Assembly (NCBI GenBank): GCA_047638395.1 | Contig: JBLIMV010000002.1 | Span: 162,787 to 226,786, forward strand | Reading direction: 5' to 3' | Source of the DNA: Paracoccaceae bacterium | Lineage (GTDB): Bacteria > Pseudomonadota > Alphaproteobacteria > MPNO01 > UBA830 | Length of the DNA: 64,000 nt | Shown: piece by piece, positions 1 to 9,794 of the stretch | Numbering within the stretch: position 1 is the stretch's first letter | How the letters are laid out: every line of letters starts with the position of its first letter | Notes under the pieces: model-generated | What the model saw: only the letters and a program-made list of their open reading frames with translations | Databases searched by the model: none | Told to the model about the DNA's origin: nothing | Made by a program: the position numbers and the translations under genes

Positions 1-205
1 CGTCGTGATGGCGATCGGGTTGTCAAAGATCGGCCTGATGAATGTGGAAACCGCTCTGGTCTCCGCTATCGGCGTGATCCCGGTCTGGATCGGCCTGAAG
101 CTCGGCGGCAAAATCCGCCGCCGCCTCGCACCGGAGATCTTCCGCAAGCTCGTGATCTACATGCTGATGGCGTCGGGCGTTCTGCTCCTCGCCCGGGTGA
201 TCTGA
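1..205 (+). CDS. C-terminal fragment of a TSUP (TauE/SafE-like) membrane transporter; the 5' end lies outside the window
   Basis: Open frame from the window edge. Hydrophobic C-terminal helix with a G/K-rich TSUP-like tail. Confidence 0.4.
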   Translation, partial: VVMAIGLSKIGLMNVETALVSAIGVIPVWIGLKLGGKIRRRLAPEIFRKLVIYMLMASGVLLLARVI

Positions 206-238
206 CCGGAGATCTGAACGGTGATCTGACCGAAGCGG

Positions 239-1765
239 TTACGCCTCCGGCGTCATCAGCGAAATGCCAAGCCGGGCGCGGCGGGTCAGCCACGGGCTCG
301 GGCGGTAGCGCGGATCGCCGTAAAAATCGTGCATCGCCGTCAAAATCGCATGGATCTTTGCCGGCCCCAGCGTATCGCCGAATTCGAGCGGGCCCTGCGG
401 ATAGGCCAGACCGAGGCTGACTGCCTTGTTGATGTCTTCGGGCGTGGCGATGCGCATCTGCGCGATCTCGGCCGAAATATTGACGATGGTGGCGATCACC
501 CGCTGGGCGATAAAGCCGGGGCTGTCATGAATCACCGTCACGGCACCACCGTCGGATGCCAGCACGCCATGCGCCAGGTCACGCACGCCTTCATCGGTCA
601 CGCTCGTGGTCATCATCGTGCGCCGTCCCTCCAGCCCGAACAGGGTGTCGACCGCAACGGTGCGCTCCGCCTCGATACCGAGATCGATTGCCGTCATCGT
701 CGCATCGCGGCCCAGCGGGGCTACCATGCAGATCGCGCGGGCGGACGGCTTTGCGCCGGTCTCTATCTCGACCTTCCCTTTGAGGAAGTCGGCGAGGATC
801 TGCGTGCTGTCATGTCCTTCCGGTCCGATCCAGACACTGTCGGGCAGGTCCGTCGGCGCGGCGGGGGCGGCCGGTGCCACCTTTTTATTGTCTGCGTATT
901 CATAAAAGCCCCTGCCGACCTTGCGGCCATGAAGCCCCGCGGCCATGCGGTTGCGAATGAACGCCTGCGGCTTGAAACGCTGTTCCTGATAGAACTGCTC
1001 ATAGATCGATTCCATGACCACGCCGGACACATCGAGCCCGGTGGTGTCCATCAGTTCGAACGGCCCCATGCGGAAATTAGCCCCGCCTTCGCGCAAAACA
1101 TCATCAACCTGATGCGCTTCGGCGATGCCTTCGGCAAGGATGCGCGCACCTTCGGTATAGAGCCCGCGCCCTGCATGATTCACGAGGAAGCCGGGGGTAT
1201 CCTGCGTCCGCACCGGCTCGTGCCCGCATTTACGCGCAATGGCATCCAGCTTGTCGGCGACCCAGGGCGCCGTCATCTCGCCGTCGACCACCTCGACCAC
1301 TTTGAGAAGCGGCACCGGGTTAAAGAAATGGAACCCCGCGACGCGTTCGGGCTTCGCACAGCCCGCGGCAATCTGCGTGACCGACAGCGACGACGTGTTG
1401 GAGGCAAGAATTGTGTCTTCGGCAACGATGCCTTCAAGCTCGCTGAACACGGCGCGTTTGATGTCGAGATTTTCGACAATCGCTTCGATCACCATGCCGC
1501 AATCGGCCATCTCCGCCAGTGATCCGATGATCTGCAGACGGCCATTGGCGGCGGTCGCGTCCTCCTCGGATATCTGGCCCTTTTCAGCCGCGCGGCTCAC
1601 CATGCGGTTGATGAACTCCTGCGCTTTTTCGGCAGCCCCTTCCTGGGCGTCGAACATTTTGACCTTGAAGCCGCCGGTCACGGATATCTGCGCGATCCCG
1701 CGACCCATGGTGCCGGTGCCGATCACAGCAATTGTAAAATCGGGGGAATTGACGTCCTGCGCCAT
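239..1765 (-). CDS. 3-hydroxyacyl-CoA dehydrogenase (NAD-binding; PaaH/FadB-like with duplicated C-terminal domain)
   Basis: N-terminal Rossmann motif IAVIGTGTMGRGIA. 508 aa. 3HCDH-like sequence throughout. Confidence 0.8.
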   Translation of the reverse strand: MAQDVNSPDFTIAVIGTGTMGRGIAQISVTGGFKVKMFDAQEGAAEKAQEFINRMVSRAAEKGQISEEDATAANGRLQIIGSLAEMADCGMVIEAIVENLDIKRAVFSELEGIVAEDTILASNTSSLSVTQIAAGCAKPERVAGFHFFNPVPLLKVVEVVDGEMTAPWVADKLDAIARKCGHEPVRTQDTPGFLVNHAGRGLYTEGARILAEGIAEAHQVDDVLREGGANFRMGPFELMDTTGLDVSGVVMESIYEQFYQEQRFKPQAFIRNRMAAGLHGRKVGRGFYEYADNKKVAPAAPAAPTDLPDSVWIGPEGHDSTQILADFLKGKVEIETGAKPSARAICMVAPLGRDATMTAIDLGIEAERTVAVDTLFGLEGRRTMMTTSVTDEGVRDLAHGVLASDGGAVTVIHDSPGFIAQRVIATIVNISAEIAQMRIATPEDINKAVSLGLAYPQGPLEFGDTLGPAKIHAILTAMHDFYGDPRYRPSPWLTRRARLGISLMTPEA

Positions 1766-1780
1766 TTCTAAATCCTTTTT

Positions 1781-2764
1781 CTAAAGACTGTTCAGCCGGT
1801 CGCGAACCGCGGCGGCTTCGGCAATGATGCCGTCAATTATGGTTTCGACCGGCTCTATATCGCCGGCAAAGGCGACGGACTGACCGATGGATGCGGTGCC
1901 CTTGTTCCAGTCGCCGTCTTCGTAAGCTTCTTTTTGCAGCGTGCCCTGAACGTGCGGCCGGTAAGCCTCGTAATCGGTGACGCCTTCTGCTTCGAGTTCG
2001 AGAACCCGCGCCGAGGAAGCGTTGCTGAGCACACGCGAACTGTCGCCAAAAATATTCATGATCAGGCGCGTATCGCCGGCATCGAGCGCCGACAGGTGTT
2101 TCTTGTAGTTCTGATGCGCCCAGATTTCCTCCGACACGATCATCCGCGTCGCCAGAACCATGCCGTCAGCGCCGAGCGACAGGCAGGCCATCAGTTGGCG
2201 TCCCGTGCCCATGCCGCCCGCCAATGCCACCGGCACGGTGAGCGCCTGCGGCACGGTCGCGCCCTGAACCATGGTGCCGATCATGTCGCGTCCGGGATGA
2301 CCACCGGCCTCAGCACCAAGAATGATGATCGCATCGACCCCGGCGTTCTGGGCGGACACCGCGTGGCGCAGCGTCGTGCATTTATGCATCACGGTCATGC
2401 CCGCATCCTTGATGCGCGGTATGAACGCCTTGGGGGAGAAACCTGCGGATTCGATAAATTTCACGTCTTCCTCGATCGAGATTTCGAGGAACGTTTCCAG
2501 CATCTCATTCGCTTCGGGGCGCGCCGAGATATACAGGTTCACGCCGAACGGCTTGCCGTCGGACTGATCGTGCGCCATGCGCAGCTGTTCGCGAAAATCT
2601 TCCGGCGTCGGGAAGGATCGTGGCGTGATAAAACCGATACCCCCTGCCCGCGCGACCGCACTGACATAGGCCGCGTCGGCCAGCCACATCATCCCGCCGC
2701 AGATCAGCGGATGGTCGATCCCGAACAGATCGGTCAGGCGTGTGCGGAACGTCTGGGGGATCAT
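1781..2764 (-). CDS. nitronate monooxygenase / 2-nitropropane dioxygenase-like (FabK-like) FMN oxidoreductase
   Basis: NMO-family motifs: GGMMWLADAAYVSAVARAGGIGFI, and a glycine-rich FMN-binding region. Confidence 0.7.
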   Translation of the reverse strand: MIPQTFRTRLTDLFGIDHPLICGGMMWLADAAYVSAVARAGGIGFITPRSFPTPEDFREQLRMAHDQSDGKPFGVNLYISARPEANEMLETFLEISIEEDVKFIESAGFSPKAFIPRIKDAGMTVMHKCTTLRHAVSAQNAGVDAIIILGAEAGGHPGRDMIGTMVQGATVPQALTVPVALAGGMGTGRQLMACLSLGADGMVLATRMIVSEEIWAHQNYKKHLSALDAGDTRLIMNIFGDSSRVLSNASSARVLELEAEGVTDYEAYRPHVQGTLQKEAYEDGDWNKGTASIGQSVAFAGDIEPVETIIDGIIAEAAAVRDRLNSL

Positions 2765-2770
2765 GAAGCC

Positions 2771-3541
2771 CTATTTCCTGAAGACGGGCGCACGTTTTTC
2801 CATAAAGGCGGAGAAACCTTCCTGGAACTCACCGGCACCGAAGCAGCCGGCCTGGGCCAGCGCTTCCATTTCAAGCGCTTCTTCCAGCTTCACCGGTGCA
2901 AGACCGAGCTGCTGCTTTGCAATGGCAAAGGCGAAAGGCGGCATGGCTGCAAGTGTCAGCGCGCGTTCGATCGCGGTTTCCTCCGCCTTGCCCTCGGCGA
3001 CAAGCTCGTCAGCGAGGCCCATATCGACGGCGTCAGGCGCTTTGACCATCTTCGCATAGAGCAGCAACTGACGCGCCTTTGCCCCACCCGCGCGGCGCGG
3101 CAGCGTGTGCAGGATGCCGTAATCCGGAATCAGCCCGACTTTGAAAAACGGAAACCCGATGGTACCGCCCTCGGCGATCACCGCCGTGTCGCCCAACATG
3201 GCAAGCCCGGCACCGGCACCAACGGCGAAGCCCTCAATCGCCGTGACGACCGGCTTTTCGGCCTCGGCAATCATACGGACAATCTGATGATTGGCTTTCA
3301 TCCGGGCGCGGGCACCCTTTGAATCGAGACCTTCCATGCTGGCGATATCGCCACCGGCACAGAAATGCCCGCCTTCGCCGGTCAGCAGGAGGGCATGCAC
3401 GGCATCGTCACCGAGCAGTTTCGGCAGTTCGGCGATCAGCGTATTGCGCACGTCGTCATTCAGCGCGTTGCGCTTGTCGGGCCGGTTAATCGCGACCCGG
3501 CCAATGCCGTCAGCGCGGCGTTCAATATTAACGACTGCCAT
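2771..3541 (-). CDS. enoyl-CoA hydratase/isomerase (crotonase family)
   Basis: Crotonase fold signature (INRPDKRNAL...GGDI...) and 256 aa. Confidence 0.8.
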   Translation of the reverse strand: MAVVNIERRADGIGRVAINRPDKRNALNDDVRNTLIAELPKLLGDDAVHALLLTGEGGHFCAGGDIASMEGLDSKGARARMKANHQIVRMIAEAEKPVVTAIEGFAVGAGAGLAMLGDTAVIAEGGTIGFPFFKVGLIPDYGILHTLPRRAGGAKARQLLLYAKMVKAPDAVDMGLADELVAEGKAEETAIERALTLAAMPPFAFAIAKQQLGLAPVKLEEALEMEALAQAGCFGAGEFQEGFSAFMEKRAPVFRK

Positions 3542-3583
3542 CTGATTTTCCCTGTTTTGTCGCGATTTCTGTCTCGATTTCTA

Positions 3584-3994
3584 TCACGGGGCAATATTGC
3601 TGTTTTGATATCCGGCGGCAAGGCGAACAAGGTGCGCCCGACAGTCGCGGCAGTCGGAACTGCCAAATCCCGGAACCGGCACATCCGCCCCCGCCGCCAG
3701 CATGTCCGCGACCAGCGCGCATTCGCGCCCGCCGGGATAGGTTTTTACCTCTATGCAGGGAGCACGGGCCGACAGATGATCGATATGCCAGTGCGCTTTT
3801 TTCTGAACCCGCAAATTGCGGGACACCCGCGCACGAATACCGCCGGGCCCGAAGGCGCTGCCTGCATAGACATAAGTGCCTGCCGCCAGAACAGGGTTTT
3901 TCAGACTGGAAATCGGCAGGGTGACAGGGTCGTCCAGCCGGAAAGTCAGGGCGTAGGCCCCGGGCTCACCCGGCAGAGCGTCCGCTGTGATCAC
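3584..3994 (-). CDS. DUF123 / GIY-YIG-like domain protein
   Basis: GTYVYAG (GIY-YIG-like) and HWHIDHL motifs characteristic of DUF123. Overlaps the downstream gene by 4 bp. Confidence 0.5.
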   Translation of the reverse strand: MITADALPGEPGAYALTFRLDDPVTLPISSLKNPVLAAGTYVYAGSAFGPGGIRARVSRNLRVQKKAHWHIDHLSARAPCIEVKTYPGGRECALVADMLAAGADVPVPGFGSSDCRDCRAHLVRLAAGYQNSNIAP

Positions 3995-5100
3995 CCAATC
4001 GGCTTCTGGTCCGCCAATGCCTTGCCAAAGGCAGACATCAGATCGTCGATCTCGACACTGGCGAATTCGACTTCATCGCGGCCCATGAAGGCCGTGACAG
4101 CGTCGCGGATAGCCGCTTCGGTCGCATCCACCCCGGCAAGCGCTTCTTCAAGCCAGCCAACGGAATCGATCGGACGGGGATGCCAGTCGCCGTTCAGGAT
4201 AGCGTGCATCACCTTGCCGTCACGGACCACGAGGGTCGCCCACAGCATGCCGCCGACGGCCTTTTCACGGCCACGCCCGACGGTGTCGCCGGCCTGGGTC
4301 AAATCGCCGAACCGGACCTTTTCGCTTTTGCCGAACAGCCAGACGTCATTGTCGTATTCAGCGCGGAATTCCTCGGCATATTTGCGCTCGGCATCGATCA
4401 GCTCGCCTGGCTCCAATACGGGATTACTGAACGCGTGGGCCACGGCGCTGCGGGCCATGTCTTCGAGGTCGGCGGCCGAGATCTCCCGGCCGGCTTCGCG
4501 TTCGAGACAGGTGAAGCGCGACTGCAGGTCCTTGAGCACCTTGTCCTTCACCTTTTCGGGCGGCATCGGCATCGCGGTTCCGGCGATTTCGGTATTCATT
4601 TCCTTCACGTTGACGACAAAACGGAACGTCATCACGCCGTTCTCGATTTTGAGCGAAGTCGGCACCAGCTTGCGGCCTTCGACCTGCACGTCGTTCAGCG
4701 GACGGTATTCAGCGGGAAAGCCGAACTTTTCGCTCAGCGTCTCAGCAAAGGCGGTCAGAATTTTGGGGAATGCTTCGGCTGTCGTTTCCGGCACGTCGGG
4801 GTGCGATGTGGGCACAAAATAGACCATGAAGGCAGAGCCGGTGCCGGTATAGATCGCACCGCCGCCATTTACCCGCCGGCGAAAGTCGATGTTGTTTTCA
4901 CGGCAGAAGTCGAGGTTAAGCACCTGTTCGGGATCTTCATTGACGCCGACGGTGATCGAATCCTGATCGAACACATTGAGGAAAATCGTCGGCGGCGCTT
5001 CACCGTTGACGACCGCCTTTTCAACGGCGGGAGAAACAGACACGGAAAAGTCGGCATAGGAATTCTTGTCAACGAGCAACCGCCACGGGGTATCAGTCAT
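3991..5100 (-). CDS. lipoate-protein ligase A family protein (BPL/LPL catalytic domain)
   Basis: N-terminal BPL/LPL catalytic-domain similarity (NVFDQDSITVGVNED...RRVNGGGAIY). 369 aa including a C-terminal domain. Confidence 0.6.
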   Translation of the reverse strand: MTDTPWRLLVDKNSYADFSVSVSPAVEKAVVNGEAPPTIFLNVFDQDSITVGVNEDPEQVLNLDFCRENNIDFRRRVNGGGAIYTGTGSAFMVYFVPTSHPDVPETTAEAFPKILTAFAETLSEKFGFPAEYRPLNDVQVEGRKLVPTSLKIENGVMTFRFVVNVKEMNTEIAGTAMPMPPEKVKDKVLKDLQSRFTCLEREAGREISAADLEDMARSAVAHAFSNPVLEPGELIDAERKYAEEFRAEYDNDVWLFGKSEKVRFGDLTQAGDTVGRGREKAVGGMLWATLVVRDGKVMHAILNGDWHPRPIDSVGWLEEALAGVDATEAAIRDAVTAFMGRDEVEFASVEIDDLMSAFGKALADQKPIG

Positions 5101-5132
5101 TTTGTACTTTCCACAATTCGTTTTGTACGTGC

Positions 5133-6305
5133 CTAGGCGCGCTCATCGACCGCAAGCGGCCCTTCTTCAAGACTATCGGCAAAGACAATTTCGTCTGCCG
5201 AAATCAGCGTCTGGCTTTTGAACCGCCGGGCGATCTCGGCCGAGACGTCATCGTTACCCGCCCCTTCGACGGCCAGCGCCAGGCGATCGCCGCCGCCATC
5301 CTTGGCCGATACCGTCAGACGATAAGTACCGGTCGGCCCTTCAAGGCCAAGCAACACGGCACGGACTTCGGACGGATAAATCTTCACACCCTTTACCTTC
5401 ACCATATTGTCGGTTCGCCCAAAGACGACACGCGGCAGATTAACCGTCCGGCCATGGACCGGACCGGTCGTCTGGCGGACCGTCAGATCACCGGTCCGGT
5501 AGCGCACCAGCGGCTGTGCTTCTTTCTTCAGATGAGACAGCACCAGCTCGCCGCGTTCGCCGTCAGCGACAAGTTCGCCGGTCGCCGGATCGATGACTTC
5601 AGCATAAACCAGCTCGTCAAACACATGCACGCCCGTGCCGCCCGGAAACGTGCGCGCAACCGGCAGGAATTCCGACAGCGAAAACGAATCCACGAGGATC
5701 GTGTCGGGCATGGCCGCCTTTACGGCGCCATACAGTGTAGGATTGCCGGTAAACGCTTCACCGCCGGCAAAGAACACCTTCGGCGGTGTGAGACCGGCTT
5801 CAATCAGTTTCAGTGAAAACGACGGATTACCCGCCAGCACGGTCACATTGTGTTTGGCGCAAACATCGACGGTGCGTTCGGCCTCACCCGGTCCGAGCGG
5901 AATACACGCGACCCCGTGGGCTTCCATCTGCGACTGGTAAAACAACCCGGCGACAAACATGTGATAGCCGAATGTGACGGCACAGACATCGCCCGGGCCG
6001 ATCCCGCAGGCATCCAGCTGGGTGCGCGCGGCGGCGATCATGTTGGCCATATCGCCCGCCGTCTGCATGGCCGGCACAAGGGACGCGCCCATCGGGCTCA
6101 GATTCATGCGCACCGGGTTGGTGCCGCCAAAGGCGCCGTAGCCCGGCTTTTCCATCTCGGCGACAAGATCGCCACGGCCCATCAGAGGTGCGTTCGCGGC
6201 AAAATCCGCCGCATCGGCAACGCTGGCCGGCAGCCGTCCCTTGTAGAACGGATGTGCCGCCAGTTTATCGAGCTGCGCGTTCAGGGCATCAGTCGGAAAC
6301 GTCAT
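5133..6305 (-). CDS. phenylacetate-CoA ligase (PaaK/F390-synthetase) family adenylate-forming enzyme
   Basis: About 390 aa. PaaK-like AMP-binding core (YRTGD, KVKG motifs). Confidence 0.65.
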   Translation of the reverse strand: MTFPTDALNAQLDKLAAHPFYKGRLPASVADAADFAANAPLMGRGDLVAEMEKPGYGAFGGTNPVRMNLSPMGASLVPAMQTAGDMANMIAAARTQLDACGIGPGDVCAVTFGYHMFVAGLFYQSQMEAHGVACIPLGPGEAERTVDVCAKHNVTVLAGNPSFSLKLIEAGLTPPKVFFAGGEAFTGNPTLYGAVKAAMPDTILVDSFSLSEFLPVARTFPGGTGVHVFDELVYAEVIDPATGELVADGERGELVLSHLKKEAQPLVRYRTGDLTVRQTTGPVHGRTVNLPRVVFGRTDNMVKVKGVKIYPSEVRAVLLGLEGPTGTYRLTVSAKDGGGDRLALAVEGAGNDDVSAEIARRFKSQTLISADEIVFADSLEEGPLAVDERA

Positions 6306-8056
6306 TAGCGCACTGCGTCCGCTTTGGCGGCGGCGTCGTCATACGTTGTATGAACGTTGATCACCGCCTGGCGCTTGTCGACTTCGACAGACTTGATCCC
6401 GCGTTCGAGCGCCGCCTGCAGGTCAGCCGGATCGCTCACTTCCTCGCCATAGCCGTCGGAGGCCTGGACGATCTTGTGATATTCGGGCGCCGGATCGAGA
6501 TAGGTCAGTGGCGCCTGGTTGGAGCTGGATGCCGCACCGTCGGGATAAAGACCAAGAGTAGCCTTGCGGACCGAACCCCACATCTTGTTATTCATGATCA
6601 CGGTGAGGACCGGCAGGTCATAGGCCGCCGAGACGAAATGCGCAGGTGTCGGGTTGCCGAACATATAGGCACCATCACCGACAACACAGAACACCCGCTT
6701 ATCCTTCTGGCCGAGCTTCACGCCATGCGATGCGCCAAGCCCCCAGCCAAGTCCTCCCGACGGGCTTGTACCGAAGAAGCTTCCGGGATCACGCAGCGAG
6801 AGGTTGCCAAGCGCGAGTTGGGATTCGGATATCAGGATGTCTTCGTCCTGCTTCACCTGATTGAGGCAATGCGCGACCCAGGCATTGTCCATCGCGGCAG
6901 TGCCGGATGCGATCTTTTCAATCCGCGCCTGATTGGCGGCGGCCTGATCGCCCTTGATGCCAGCGATTTTGGACCGGCGTGCATCAATGCGGCCCTGAGC
7001 CGCTTTTTCGCGGCTCGCCATCGCTTCTTCGAGCATCGGAATAGATGAGCCCGAGCTGCCCCGGATTCCGAGATCGCAGGGAAATCCGCGAACCGGGTAG
7101 TTTTCGAAAAGCGGATCGGCACCGAGATGGATAACCTTGGCGTCGGGGTTCAGCTTGTGCAGCGACGGTATCCACGGCACATCGCAATCGAGCACGAGGA
7201 TTGCATCCGCATCGGGCAGATAAGGACCTGGTTCGTAGCCCATATGCATCGGATGATCCGTCGAAATATTCACATAACGCGGCCGATAGGTGATCACCGG
7301 CAGGGCGTAGCGCTCGGCGAGTGATTCCAGCGCCGGGACGGCGGCGCGGTTCTGGCCCATGCTGGCCGTGATGATGATCGGATTTTCGGCAGCAGCCAGG
7401 ATCTCGGCGGCTTCGTCGATAGCGTTCGCATCGGCGGAAGCGGCACGCGCCGGCTGGCGGCGGGTCGGCGACTGATACGTGAAATCGCCCGGCTTTTCAG
7501 CCAGAACTTCGCGCGGCAGGGACAGATAGACCGGGCCACGGGGTTCGGTCATGGCGATGGTAACGGCGCGGTCGACGATGGTTTCGACCTGCTTCGCATT
7601 ACGCAGCTCGTAATCCCATTTGACCATTTCGCGCATCACGCCACCCTGGTCGAACATTTCCTGTCCCCAGTGAATATAAAGCGAGCGCGATCCGTCGAAG
7701 CCTTCTTCTGTCAGCGGTGTACGGCCGGATGTCATCAGGACGGGCACATTCTCACGCGCGGCGTTCATCACGCCGCAGATCGCGTTCGCGGTGCCGACAT
7801 TCACATGCACCATCACCGATGCAAGCCGGCCGGTCGCGACGTAATAGCCATGGGCCATCGCGACGCCGAGGTTTTCATGCGGCACCGTGATGGGAGTCGG
7901 CGCGCTGCCCTCGCCTGTCAGCGATTTGGACAGGCCTTCGATGATCGATGGAAAATCCGTGCCGGCATTGCCGAACAGGTAGTCGACTCCACGGTCTTTC
8001 AGGAGCGTCAGATAGGCTTCTGCGGCACTATCGACCTTGATTGTCTTGGCTGGCAT
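6305..8056 (-). CDS. thiamine-pyrophosphate-dependent enzyme (acetolactate synthase large-subunit family)
   Basis: N-terminal TPP pyrimidine-binding domain (GVDYLFGNAGTDFPSII). C-terminal GDGAY TPP-binding motif. 583 aa. Confidence 0.8.
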   Translation of the reverse strand: MPAKTIKVDSAAEAYLTLLKDRGVDYLFGNAGTDFPSIIEGLSKSLTGEGSAPTPITVPHENLGVAMAHGYYVATGRLASVMVHVNVGTANAICGVMNAARENVPVLMTSGRTPLTEEGFDGSRSLYIHWGQEMFDQGGVMREMVKWDYELRNAKQVETIVDRAVTIAMTEPRGPVYLSLPREVLAEKPGDFTYQSPTRRQPARAASADANAIDEAAEILAAAENPIIITASMGQNRAAVPALESLAERYALPVITYRPRYVNISTDHPMHMGYEPGPYLPDADAILVLDCDVPWIPSLHKLNPDAKVIHLGADPLFENYPVRGFPCDLGIRGSSGSSIPMLEEAMASREKAAQGRIDARRSKIAGIKGDQAAANQARIEKIASGTAAMDNAWVAHCLNQVKQDEDILISESQLALGNLSLRDPGSFFGTSPSGGLGWGLGASHGVKLGQKDKRVFCVVGDGAYMFGNPTPAHFVSAAYDLPVLTVIMNNKMWGSVRKATLGLYPDGAASSSNQAPLTYLDPAPEYHKIVQASDGYGEEVSDPADLQAALERGIKSVEVDKRQAVINVHTTYDDAAAKADAVR

Positions 8057-8147
8057 GGCTGTCCCTCATCCCTAATGTTTATGGGTTGTTTGTGGCTTTT
8101 CGATAGCACGGACCAGACGGCATTGCCACCGCCCGGCACGGCGAATA

Positions 8148-8936
8148 TCAGGCCGCGAGAATTTCCCTCAATTTCGCATCCGTCTCGTTCCGCGGCACGT
8201 CAAAACGGTCCCGGTCGGCATCGCTTAGTACATCTTCGATACAGGGCCCGTAGGTCGGACGCGCCTTCATGGCGGCAAACCAGCGGGTGATATTGGGCCG
8301 GTCCGCCCATAACCCTTCCATGCCCAGCATCTCGGCGCGATTGATATAGGGCGTCAGCGCCGCATCGGCGAGCGACCAGGCATCGCCGGCCAGAAATTCC
8401 GTGTCGGCAAGATCGGCTTCCATCTGTGTCGCCGCCTTTTCGTACTGTCGGATGGCGTTCGCGACCAGCGGGGCCGCCAAGCCCATTTCAACCGATTGCT
8501 GCTGGCGTTCGCGATAGGCGGGATCGGGAATGCGGGCAAAATGCGCGGCAAGATCTTCGGGCGATTTCAGGATAAGCACCTTGCGGTTGGCGGTCGCAAA
8601 GGTCACGACGCCGATCGCTGCATGCAGCACATCGTCCACCCGCTTCATCCAGAGCCGGGCCCGCGCCCGCAGCACAGGGTCGGCGGGCATCAACGGCGGC
8701 TCGGGGAACGCTTCGTCCAGGTAGCCCAGAATAATCGAGGATTCGATGATGACATTACCGTCATGGACCAGCGTCGGGATGACGCCGTTCGGGTTGAGCT
8801 TCAGATATTCCGGCGTGTGCTGATCGCCCCGTTGCAGATTCAGGATTTCGCCTTCCCAGTCGAGACCCTTTTCAGCCAGGACAAGACGCACCTTGATGGC
8901 ACAGACGGATGTCGTGCCGTGATAGAGCTTGATCAA
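8148..8936 (-). CDS. glutathione S-transferase family protein
   Basis: GST N-terminal thioredoxin-like fold (KLYHG...NPNGVIPTLV) and an alpha-helical C-terminal domain. Confidence 0.75.
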   Translation of the reverse strand: MIKLYHGTTSVCAIKVRLVLAEKGLDWEGEILNLQRGDQHTPEYLKLNPNGVIPTLVHDGNVIIESSIILGYLDEAFPEPPLMPADPVLRARARLWMKRVDDVLHAAIGVVTFATANRKVLILKSPEDLAAHFARIPDPAYRERQQQSVEMGLAAPLVANAIRQYEKAATQMEADLADTEFLAGDAWSLADAALTPYINRAEMLGMEGLWADRPNITRWFAAMKARPTYGPCIEDVLSDADRDRFDVPRNETDAKLREILAA

Positions 8937-8945
8937 TGTAAATTC

Positions 8946-9650
8946 CTACTCGGCGGCGGCAACGTCGTTATGACGGATCATGCGGTCCATCACCTCATCC
9001 GACGTCATCACATCGCCAAACTGCTGGATAAAGGTCTCCAACGAGGCAAGATGCTCGTCATCGGACGACGCGGCGCAGCAGTCGGACACCATGACCGATT
9101 TAAAATCGAGCATCATCGCGTCCCGTGCGGTGGAATCGCAGCACACATTGGTCTTGGTGCCGCCGACCAGAACGGTGTCGATGCCACGGCTTCGCAACAC
9201 CCGCTCAAGCGTTGACGAGCCATGCGCGAAGGCGCTGTAGCGGTTCTTGATCAACGTGATATCGCCCTCTTCAACAACCAGATCGTCCCAGACCTTCTGG
9301 GATTCTGGCGCCAGGCTTTCGACCATGCGCTGGCGGATATCCGGATTGCGCACCACGTGATTAAAGAAAACTTCCCAGTCGCTGATCCCGTCATTGAGTG
9401 TGTTGGTATGCAGCACCCAGAAGACCGGCACACCAAGCGAGCGCAACCTGGCGGCCAGGTCGTTGATCGACGGCACGACATCCCGGGCGGTGGGTACTTC
9501 GCCGGGGGCGCCGGGCAGACAGAACGTGTTCTGCATATCGATGATCACAAGTGCGGATTTGCGCGGGTCGAGTTCTGTAAACCAGTGAATGTCGCCGCGC
9601 CGGGCGACCACGCGGTCGACAATGTGCTGGCTGATAGAGACGTTATGCAT
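8946..9650 (-). CDS. isochorismatase-family (cysteine) hydrolase
   Basis: ALVIIDMQNTF motif and a catalytic-Cys region (NVCCDSTARDA). Confidence 0.75.
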   Translation of the reverse strand: MHNVSISQHIVDRVVARRGDIHWFTELDPRKSALVIIDMQNTFCLPGAPGEVPTARDVVPSINDLAARLRSLGVPVFWVLHTNTLNDGISDWEVFFNHVVRNPDIRQRMVESLAPESQKVWDDLVVEEGDITLIKNRYSAFAHGSSTLERVLRSRGIDTVLVGGTKTNVCCDSTARDAMMLDFKSVMVSDCCAASSDDEHLASLETFIQQFGDVMTSDEVMDRMIRHNDVAAAE

Positions 9651-9794
9651 CTGTTGGCCCTCATCTGCTTACCGGTGATCCCATCACCCGTGGATACCTA
9701 ATCGTATCACCGGCATCGCACTGGGAATACCCGTCGCCCTATGGGTATAGTTATCTTTCAGAACTATGTCGTGACGCTGAGAAGGGAACTATCG

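Noticed and set aside
1934-3322. 462-aa plus-strand ORF
   Set aside because: It is antisense to the NMO-like and crotonase genes. Its composition is Arg/Ala/Gly-rich and low-complexity, typical of high-GC shadow ORFs. The sense-strand genes have clear family signatures.
3365-4822. 485-aa plus-strand ORF
   Set aside because: Antisense shadow of the LplA-like and DUF123 genes. No motifs.
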